Assembly (NCBI RefSeq): GCF_001598795.1
Contig: NZ_BCZP01000002.1
Span: 240,001 to 272,000 of the forward strand
Source of the DNA: Delftia acidovorans NBRC 14950
Lineage (GTDB): Bacteria; Pseudomonadota; Gammaproteobacteria; Burkholderiales; Burkholderiaceae_C
Length of the DNA stretch: 32,000 nucleotides
Direction: 5' to 3'
Positions 19,391-25,800 of this stretch are shown here, in pieces. Every line of letters begins with the position of its first letter. Within the stretch, counting starts at the first letter, position 1. Both the position numbers and the translations under genes were made by a program. Below the pieces are notes generated by a model. It searched no databases, had not been told where the DNA came from, and saw nothing but the letters and a program-made list of their open reading frames with translations.

Positions 19391-19427
19391 GGCGGGCTTC
19401 TTTCGTTGCGGCCGAAAGAAGCCCGCC
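19391..19427 (-). promoter_or_regulatory. Very stable 15-bp stem-loop abutting the start codon of the 136-aa ORF (possible RBS-sequestering structure)
   Basis: ggcgggcttctttcg / cgaaagaagcccgcc form a perfect 15-bp stem with a 7-nt loop. On the mRNA strand the 3-prime arm ends at the nucleotide before the ATG, and no U-tract follows. Confidence 0.5.
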
Positions 19428-19436
19428 ATCTGTCCA

Positions 19437-19556
19437 TCAATGGACGTGCGCGGGTCTCCCGGCCGGGGCCTTGGGATGAGGCGGAAGGGCCGCAGGCATG
19501 TGCGGCCGGACCGTATCGGAGGGGTCAGGGCAAGATCGACTCGGATCGGGGTCCAT
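19437..19556 (-). CDS. Candidate proline-rich leader peptide ORF (39 aa: MDPDPSRSCPDPSDTVRPHMPAALPPHPKAPAGRPAHVH)
   Basis: The canonical SD aaaggag sits 7 nt upstream of the ATG at 19556. 11 of 39 codons are Pro. The stop lies 9 nt upstream of the 15-bp hairpin. This ORF is too short for the supplied track and I translated it by hand. CCN-rich frames are common by chance in high-GC DNA, so confidence is modest. Confidence 0.35.
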   Translation of the reverse strand: MDPDPSRSCPDPSDTVRPHMPAALPPHPKAPAGRPAHVH

Positions 19557-19604
19557 GGGGGAACTCCTTTCTGACGATGGGGCGGACAAGGCTGCGGCGC
19601 GCGT

Positions 19605-19841
19605 TCAGCGCGGCTGCAGGCTCAGAAAGCTGCGGATGCGGTGCGTGGGCCAGTGGGTCTGCAGGTCCAGGTGCATGGCGTGCTCCATGGCCGAAGGGGC
19701 CTGGGCTTGCATCTGTGCCTGTGCCTTGGCCTGCATTGCTGCCTGGGAGGCAGCCACGCGCGTACCGGTGGCGCCGGGGCAGGGCGCGGCAGTGGCAGGC
19801 TGCAGGCGTTGCATTGCGGGGCGGACGAACGGTGTGGACAT
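19605..19841 (-). CDS. Small hypothetical protein (78 aa), Ala/Gln-rich centre and His-rich C-terminal part
   Basis: Strong SD aaggaga 5 nt upstream of the ATG at 19841. Third-position G+C is high and similar to neighbouring genes. It has the same orientation as the mgtA operon. No family recognised. Confidence 0.5.
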   Translation of the reverse strand: MSTPFVRPAMQRLQPATAAPCPGATGTRVAASQAAMQAKAQAQMQAQAPSAMEHAMHLDLQTHWPTHRIRSFLSLQPR

Positions 19842-20092
19842 GGCTTTCTCCTTGGCGAACCAGGAAGACCGCCGTAGGCAGGGCCGTCAAGCAGCGTGGG
19901 CCGGGTGCTGCTCGATGGCAGCCACACGGGCACGCGGTCAGTGATCAACAGCCATTGGAATCTTCGGTGCAGGAGCGGCGTGCCTGATGCAGGCCAAGCG
20001 CCACTGCAGCGCCGGGCGGCGCGAAGATCCAAGGGGAAACGCAGCAATGGATGGAAGCCGACCGACATGGCCGCTCCCATCACAGGAGTCGG

Positions 20093-21967
20093 TCAGTCAG
20101 CCAGCAGCGAAGCCATTGCGGCGCGCTGTTTGTCACTGGTTGAACTGGCACTGTCCACGGAGGACTCCTGAAAATGCGATCCCTCGATTGTGCCTTGCGA
20201 GCTGCTTCGGGTCAACCCTGATGTCGATGCGCCACGGGCCAGCCAGCCCTGCACGATCAGCAGTTGCGCCGCGTAGTAGGTGGACAGCACGCCGGCTTGC
20301 GCGCCGTCGAAGGGCTGCACAAATCGGTTGATGGCCAGCAGCGAGTCGCTGACCATGAAGAGGCAGGCGCCGATGGCCACGGTCCAGGCGGGCTGGCCGC
20401 CCAGGTGCCTGGCGCGGCCCAGGGCCTGGGCCGCCATCAGCGCAATGACCAGTACATAGGCGGCCACGGGCAGGCGCAGCGCGGCGGGCAGCCCGCCCTG
20501 CCAGAGCACGGCATACATGCCCGCGCCCAGGGCCAGCGTGGCGGCCAGCGAGGGCCGGTGTGCAAACCAGGGTGCGTCCTGGCGCAGCAGCACGATATAG
20601 GCCAGGTGGGCGAGCAGGAAGCTGGCCAGGCCCGGGATGAACAGATCGGGCAGCATCAGGAACACGTCGCCCGCCATCGAGGCCGCCAGCGCCGCGGCCA
20701 GCCAGCAGGCGCCGCGCGCGGGTTTCGCCAGTGCCGAGAAGGCCGTGCTGCCGCGCCACAGCTGCATGACGGCGATCAGCGCAAAGACCATGGTCAGCGG
20801 CTTGAACAGCCAGTGCCAGTGCAGCATGTCCAGCGCGGCGGTGGCGGTGGCCAGTGCGCCGGCCTCAATGGCCAGTGCCAGCCACAGGCTGATACGCCCC
20901 TGCATGGCCGCGCCCAGTGCCCACTGGCAGGCCAGCAGCACGCCAAACCACAGCGCATTGCGCGCCGTCGAGGACTGGTCGGCATGCCACAGAAACAGCG
21001 ACACCCCGGCGATCAGCGCCACGAACTGCAAGCCCGCAAACCAGCGCAGGCTGCGCTGCATGTCGGGTGCGTAGAGCACGCGGTGCGCGTCCAAGTCGAA
21101 GGCCGGCCTGGGAAAGCGCTGCGCCACGTCGGCAGGGCGCCACCCGGGCGGCTTGAGCCAGACGCGCAGCTTGTCGCTCCAGCGCCGCGCATGCCAGCTG
21201 TCATGGATGAGTTGCCGGTACACCACGGCGTTGGCCCACAGCGGATCCCAGCTTTGCAGCAGGCCGCGCGTGCCGTAGACGCAGGGCTCGCTGTCGTCCT
21301 CGGGCTTGAAGGTGCCGAACATGCGGTCCCAGACGATGAGGATGCCGCCGTAGTTCCTGTCCAGGTAGGCGTCGTTGACTGCGTGGTGCACGCGGTGGTT
21401 GCTGGGCGCGCAGAACCAGCGGTCGAACCAGCCCAGACGCCGAACCTGCTCGGTATGGACCCAGAACTGGTAGAGCAGGTCTATCAGTCCCACGATGGCA
21501 AACACCAGCGGCGGCACGCCCGCCAGCGCCATGGGCAGGTAGAACAGCCAGCCCAGCAGCGCGCCCGAGCTGGTCTGGCGCAGCGCCGTCGACAGGTTGT
21601 AGTCCTGGCTCTGGTGGTGCACGGCGTGGGCTGCCCACAGCACGGCCACCTCGTGGCCCATGCGGTGAAGCCAGTAGTAGCAGAAGTCGTAGAACAGCAG
21701 GGCCAGCAGCCAGCCGGGAATGCTGGTCCAGAAGGCATCGTTGCGCCACAGCGCCAGGTGCTCGAAGGCCAGCGTGTACAGGCCCACGCGCAGCAGCGTG
21801 GTGAAGACGGCGCTGGTCTGGCTGAGCATGCCCAGGCTGATGGAGCTGATGGCGTCGGCCAGCCGGTAGGCATTGCGCCCGCGCCACAGGCTCACGCCCC
21901 ATTCCAGCGCGATCAGCAGCAAAAAGGCAGGCGTGGCGAAGACAATGACTTGGCTGGGTGAGAGCAT
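20093..21967 (-). CDS. Fusion protein: N-terminal fatty-acid hydroxylase/sterol desaturase-family domain (alkylglycerol monooxygenase-like) plus C-terminal YhhN-family lysoplasmalogenase domain
   Basis: The N-terminal half has histidine boxes HRMGHE, HAVHH and HRVHH plus WDRMFGTF. The C-terminal half has YhhN motifs FKPLTMV, AGDVFLML, GLASFLLAHLAYI, LFMVSDSLLA and TYYAAQLLI. It is a single uninterrupted 624-codon ORF. Confidence 0.85.
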   Translation of the reverse strand: MLSPSQVIVFATPAFLLLIALEWGVSLWRGRNAYRLADAISSISLGMLSQTSAVFTTLLRVGLYTLAFEHLALWRNDAFWTSIPGWLLALLFYDFCYYWLHRMGHEVAVLWAAHAVHHQSQDYNLSTALRQTSSGALLGWLFYLPMALAGVPPLVFAIVGLIDLLYQFWVHTEQVRRLGWFDRWFCAPSNHRVHHAVNDAYLDRNYGGILIVWDRMFGTFKPEDDSEPCVYGTRGLLQSWDPLWANAVVYRQLIHDSWHARRWSDKLRVWLKPPGWRPADVAQRFPRPAFDLDAHRVLYAPDMQRSLRWFAGLQFVALIAGVSLFLWHADQSSTARNALWFGVLLACQWALGAAMQGRISLWLALAIEAGALATATAALDMLHWHWLFKPLTMVFALIAVMQLWRGSTAFSALAKPARGACWLAAALAASMAGDVFLMLPDLFIPGLASFLLAHLAYIVLLRQDAPWFAHRPSLAATLALGAGMYAVLWQGGLPAALRLPVAAYVLVIALMAAQALGRARHLGGQPAWTVAIGACLFMVSDSLLAINRFVQPFDGAQAGVLSTYYAAQLLIVQGWLARGASTSGLTRSSSQGTIEGSHFQESSVDSASSTSDKQRAAMASLLAD

Positions 21968-22080
21968 GGTCAGCCGATTCTGGGCATGGCGGCGGGGCAG
22001 CGCCTTAGGCGAGAACCCTAGGACACGGAATCACAAGGGTTGAAACGGATTGCAATAAATGGGGCTTCATGGCAAGCACG

Positions 22081-22096
22081 TGGCAGGAAAATTGCG
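22081..22096 (+). promoter_or_regulatory. Sigma-54-type -24/-12 promoter candidate (TGGCAG-N5-TTGCG)
   Basis: tggcaggaaaattgcg places the GG and GC dinucleotides at the canonical spacing. It lies about 108 nt upstream of the Bug gene start in a 236-bp divergent intergenic region. Confidence 0.35.
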
Positions 22097-22203
22097 CCCT
22101 ATGGCAGAATCGCCCGCTTTCCACGCGCTGGACGTGCTTGCCCTGCAGGCCATCGCCAGCCCGCACCGCCTTTGCCGGCATGCGCCTTGCATGCCCAAGC
22201 CCC

Positions 22204-23208
22204 ATGCCCTTGTCCCGCCGCTCCCTGCTATCGGCTGCCGCCTCACTGGCTGCGGCCCTTGCCGCTGCACCCGCCGCCCATGCCGCGCCGGGCGCGGGCA
22301 AGCCCTGGCCGGCAGCCGGGCCCATCACCCTGATCGTGCCCTTTGGCGCGGGCAGCGATGTGGACGCCACCGCACGGCTGATCGCCGAAAAGCTGGGTGC
22401 GCGGCTGCACCAGTCGGTGGTGGTGGACAACGTGCCGGCCTCGGGCGGCGTGCTGGGCGTGAGCAAGGTGGCACGCTCGCACGCCGATGGCTATACGCTG
22501 CTGCTGGGCTTTGACGGGCCGGTGAGCATTGCGCAACTGGTGAACTCCTCCGTGCGCTATGACGCCGAGCGCGATCTGGCTCCCGTGGGCCTGACTTCGG
22601 TGGCGCCCATGGTGATCGTGGCCCGCCCTGGCCTGCCGGTGCACAACCTCAACGAGCTGATCAGCATGGCCCGCGCCCGGCCCGGCGCGCTGACCTATGC
22701 CACGCCGGGCGTGGGAACGGTGCTGCACCTGGCCATGGAACGGCTGCAGGAGCGCGCCCGCATCCGCCTGGTCCATGTGCCCTATCGTGGTGTGGCCCAG
22801 GTGACCAGCGAGGTCATGGGCGGCCAGGTCGATCTGGGCATTCTGATGACCACCGGCGCCACGCCGCTGGTGCAGCAGAAAAAGCTGGAAGGCGTGGGCG
22901 TGACCTCGGCACAGCGCATCGACGTGATTCCCGAGGTGATGAGCTTTGCGGAGGCGCCCGATCTCAAGGGCTTCGAGCTGGAAGCCTGGACCGGCCTGTT
23001 CGCCCCCGCCCGCACACCCGAACCCGTGGTCAGCCGCCTGGCCGCCGAACTGGCCGAGGTGCTGAAGCTGCCCGAGGTCCGCAAGCGCCTGCAGGACAGT
23101 GGCGCCACGCCCGGCTCGGGCACGCCGGCCACGTTCGCCCAGTTCCTGAAAAAGGAAAAGGCGAGTTACACGCAGATCGTCAAGTCCGCCAATATCCAGG
23201 TGGAATAG
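22204..23208 (+). CDS. Bug-family (TctC-like) periplasmic binding protein
   Basis: Tat/Sec-like signal MPLSRRSLLSAAASLAAALAAAPAAHA, then ITLIVPFGAGSDVD, YATPGVGTVLHL and HVPYRG. The start was trimmed from 22069. The start is uncertain because no clear SD is present. Confidence 0.9.
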   Translation: MPLSRRSLLSAAASLAAALAAAPAAHAAPGAGKPWPAAGPITLIVPFGAGSDVDATARLIAEKLGARLHQSVVVDNVPASGGVLGVSKVARSHADGYTLLLGFDGPVSIAQLVNSSVRYDAERDLAPVGLTSVAPMVIVARPGLPVHNLNELISMARARPGALTYATPGVGTVLHLAMERLQERARIRLVHVPYRGVAQVTSEVMGGQVDLGILMTTGATPLVQQKKLEGVGVTSAQRIDVIPEVMSFAEAPDLKGFELEAWTGLFAPARTPEPVVSRLAAELAEVLKLPEVRKRLQDSGATPGSGTPATFAQFLKKEKASYTQIVKSANIQVE

Positions 23209-23218
23209 GCCGCGCTGG

Positions 23219-23242
23219 CGGTCAGCGGGTGACCGTTTTTTT
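23219..23242 (+). terminator. Probable rho-independent terminator after the Bug gene
   Basis: cggtca / tgaccg form a 6-bp stem with a 5-nt loop, followed by T7, about 10 nt after the stop. Confidence 0.55.
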
Positions 23243-23383
23243 CCATTGAATGAAGACTGGACCGGCGAAATCGGCGGCATTGTCTGCAGTCGCCTTTGTG
23301 AGCCGAGTGCCACGTATTGGTGTGTGAAATCTGTTACCCTCCGCTTACATTTTTAAGGGGGCGGTGTGGGGGTGGAGAAAATC

Positions 23384-24550
23384 ATGCGCCGGGCCATGGC
23401 ATGGCTCTGGCTTTTTGCGCTTGCAGCGTCGGGCGCTGCAATGGCCGAGGACCGGCCCAATGTCACTTTTGCGGGAGTCGCCTATTCGGGCGACGCCAGT
23501 TCGCAGCAGCAGCGATTCCCTTATTCAAAGCAGTATGAGAGCCGCCTGAAGGCCGCCGGGCACAGTGCCTATGCGCGGGCACTGGCATTCGTGCAGCAGG
23601 CGCCTGCACAGCATCTGCAGATATCCACCAATCCCATCGATGAGCTCAAGGGGCGCGACCAGGCCCTGGTGGTTTCTCTGGTGCTCAATTCCGAGACGGT
23701 CTCCGTGGAAAGCTTTGGCGGCGTGCGCAAGCTGTTCATCCTGATTCGTGGACAGGCCCTGTTTTTCGACTTCAAGTCCATGACGGCGGTGCGTTCGTAT
23801 CCGCTCAGCTTTGCCTTCATCGACAACCTGCGCCACGAGCCGTCGCAAGAGGAAATCATGGAGCGCGTGACCAAGGTATACGAAGGCGCGGGAGGCAAGC
23901 CCGGCATCTTCGGCCGTTTTGCCCAGGTGCTGGCCACGGCCACCGTGCCCTCGCAGACGCCGCGTTTCCTGCAGGTCACCGATATCCAGATTCCCGCCGC
24001 CATGGCCGAGATGCTGCCCGGCTATCTGCAGGACCCGCAGGTGCACAAGACCTGGGCTGCCGATATCGTGGGCGAGGCCATTTCCAGCCGCATTGGTGTG
24101 CCCATCATTCCTTTTGCCATGGGCTATGCCGTGGGCAATGTGATGCGCATGCAGGTGCTTGACGGAGAGGTCTACACGCTGCAGCTGCCCAGTGCCGACT
24201 ACGCCATCAGCGTCGATTTCAAGGGATTCAAGAAGCTCAAGTTCAAGGAATCCAGCGCCGGCACCAGCTATGTCTACGGCACCTTTGCCGATATGCGCAT
24301 CCAGGAACCCAATGGGCCGGTGTTTCTCGGCGCCTCGCTGAAGAACGCGGAAGTGAAGGTGGTGCCTTCCACGCAAACCCATGTCGATGACTTTCCGGCG
24401 TTCTATGACTCGCTCAACGGCCTTTTCGTGAAGCTGGCCGAGACGGTGGCGGCTGGAAAGGGCAATGACTGGCTCAAGTCGGCTGCTGCCGAGAGCGACA
24501 TCGAAGCGCAAATTGTCAAAACAAAAGACCTGATGAATCTATGCAAGTAA
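23384..24550 (+). CDS. Exported protein of unknown function (388 aa), first gene of the four-gene envelope cluster
   Basis: SD ggtggaga lies 5 nt upstream of the ATG at 23384. Cleavable signal peptide MRRAMAWLWLFALAASGAAMA. No family recognised. G+C is somewhat lower than in neighbouring genes. Confidence 0.75.
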   Translation: MRRAMAWLWLFALAASGAAMAEDRPNVTFAGVAYSGDASSQQQRFPYSKQYESRLKAAGHSAYARALAFVQQAPAQHLQISTNPIDELKGRDQALVVSLVLNSETVSVESFGGVRKLFILIRGQALFFDFKSMTAVRSYPLSFAFIDNLRHEPSQEEIMERVTKVYEGAGGKPGIFGRFAQVLATATVPSQTPRFLQVTDIQIPAAMAEMLPGYLQDPQVHKTWAADIVGEAISSRIGVPIIPFAMGYAVGNVMRMQVLDGEVYTLQLPSADYAISVDFKGFKKLKFKESSAGTSYVYGTFADMRIQEPNGPVFLGASLKNAEVKVVPSTQTHVDDFPAFYDSLNGLFVKLAETVAAGKGNDWLKSAAAESDIEAQIVKTKDLMNLCK

Positions 24551-25680
24551 TCCAGAAAATCCTCCTGTGCCTTTCCATGGCGCTGTTCGCGGCCGGTGCG
24601 GGCGCGCAGGTGCAGCAGGCACGCGGCAAGGCCTCGGTCAGCTATCAGGATTCAAAGGTCAGCCCGCAGGACAAGGAGCGTGCACTGATGGCGGCCCAGC
24701 TCAAGGCCGTGGAGTTCTACTACGCCGAAGCGGGCCAGTCGGAGGCCGAGAATTTCGACGCCGTGCGCGACAAGATCCTGGCCAACCCCGATCGCTACAT
24801 CCTTGAGCACACCGTGCTCAGCGAAGAGGACAACGCCGACAGAAAGCAGTACACGGTCTCCGTGCGCGTGGCGCTGAACGTGGCCAATCTGCGCAATGCC
24901 GTCAAGGCCAACTCTGCCGTGGCCAGGGGCGGGCCTGCAGGCCGGTCGCCGCTGGCCTTCATGTTCGTCTCGCGCCAGGTGGCCACGACCAAGTCCTTCG
25001 ATGACCGCGTCTACAAGCGCGTGGACGAGACCGAGGACGTCAAGGCCCAGGTCAGCGCTTCCGAAAAGGGCAGCGAGGGTGAATCCATCCGTGGCGGACG
25101 CATCAGCACGAATGCCTCCACGGCGACCTCGGGCACTGCCTCGGTCAAGAGTAGCCGCACTTCCGAGACCGGCGGCAGCACAACGCGACGCTCGGCCGAG
25201 TCCACCTGGCGCGTGATCCCCAGCGCCAACCTGTCCCAGGTCTTTTCCTCCAACTTCGCCAAGGCCGGCTTCAAGGTGTCAGAGGCTGCCATGGTGGAGC
25301 CCTACACGGGCGGCCACTTCAAGGTCGCGGCCGTGGAGAACGACTACAAGAGCGGCATGGACCTGCAGCCCTCGACGCTGGCGGCCATGGTGGCCGGCAT
25401 GCGCACGGCGCAGATTCCCTACATCGCCCTGGGCACGCTGGATGTGGGCATGGGCGAGCCCGATCCCCAGACCGGCCTGATGCGCGTGAGCGTGACGGTC
25501 AACGCCAAGATCCTGGACATCGCCCAGACCATTCCCGACACGATTGCCGCCGTCGGCCCCGTGCTGTACGCGGGCACCGGCCCGTCCGAGGATGAGGCGC
25601 GCAACAACGCGCTGAAGCTGGCCGCCAACAACGCGGCCCGCGATCTCACCAGCCAGGTCACCAATCTGGGCCTGCGTTGA
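24541..25680 (+). CDS. Exported protein (379 aa) with an LPP20/FlgT-N-like N-terminal region, a Ser/Thr-rich insert and a CsgG/FlgO/LpoB-superfamily-like C-terminal region
   Basis: Signal peptide MQVIQKILLCLSMALFAAGAGA. Its ATG lies inside the last 10 nt of the upstream gene. The pattern KASVSY..DKERALMAAQLKAVEFY resembles LPP20-like lipoprotein domains. YIALGTLDVG and the terminal EDEARNNALKLAANNAARDL resemble the same fold class. These domain calls are pattern recollection only. Confidence 0.7.
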   Translation: MQVIQKILLCLSMALFAAGAGAQVQQARGKASVSYQDSKVSPQDKERALMAAQLKAVEFYYAEAGQSEAENFDAVRDKILANPDRYILEHTVLSEEDNADRKQYTVSVRVALNVANLRNAVKANSAVARGGPAGRSPLAFMFVSRQVATTKSFDDRVYKRVDETEDVKAQVSASEKGSEGESIRGGRISTNASTATSGTASVKSSRTSETGGSTTRRSAESTWRVIPSANLSQVFSSNFAKAGFKVSEAAMVEPYTGGHFKVAAVENDYKSGMDLQPSTLAAMVAGMRTAQIPYIALGTLDVGMGEPDPQTGLMRVSVTVNAKILDIAQTIPDTIAAVGPVLYAGTGPSEDEARNNALKLAANNAARDLTSQVTNLGLR

Positions 25681-25696
25681 GCGCTGCGGCTTCCAA

Positions 25697-25727
25697 GGTC
25701 CGGCTGCCATGCAGCCGGACCTTTTTT
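25697..25727 (+). terminator. Rho-independent terminator between genes 2 and 3 of the cluster
   Basis: ggtccggctg / cagccggacc form a perfect 10-bp stem with loop catg, followed by T6, 17 nt after the stop. Confidence 0.8.
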
Positions 25728-25800
25728 CCGTTCTTTCGCTTTCCTCGTTTTTATCTTCGCCGTCCGCGTTCACGGACTGCTGCAACCCGAGTCCATCTCC

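Noticed and set aside
15566-19987. A very long plus-strand ORF (1473 aa) spanning the whole mgtC-mgtA region, plus similar long antisense ORFs (3974-5779 minus, 20264-21961 plus, 25962-27626 minus, 29603-31996 minus).
   Set aside because: Each lies exactly antisense to a gene with clear family motifs. The translations are Arg/Gly/Ala/His-rich low-complexity strings with no recognisable domains. Stop-poor antisense frames are the expected artefact of high-GC coding DNA.
19622-20083. A 153-aa minus-strand ORF and the overlapping plus-strand ORFs 19896-20171 and 19987-20331, in the region upstream of the mgtA leader.
   Set aside because: The translations are Arg/Pro/Cys-rich with no SD and poor coding character. 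The 153-aa ORF is out of frame with, and overlaps, the better-supported 78-aa ORF.
19391-20092. Possibility of a known Mg2+ riboswitch (M-box/ykoK type, or the enterobacterial mgtA leader structure) or a PhoP box upstream of mgtA.
   Set aside because: I found none of the conserved M-box blocks as I remember them, and no (T/G)GTTTA direct repeat. This cannot be excluded without a covariance-model scan (Rfam/Infernal), which would be the decisive test.
22069-22203. N-terminal extension of the second Bug gene from the ATG at 22069.
   Set aside because: The extra 45 residues (MASTWQENCALWQNRPLSTRWTCLPCRP...) are Cys/Trp/Arg-rich and unlike any signal peptide. The Bug signal peptide starts at 22204. 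The extension would also swallow the sigma-54-like element.
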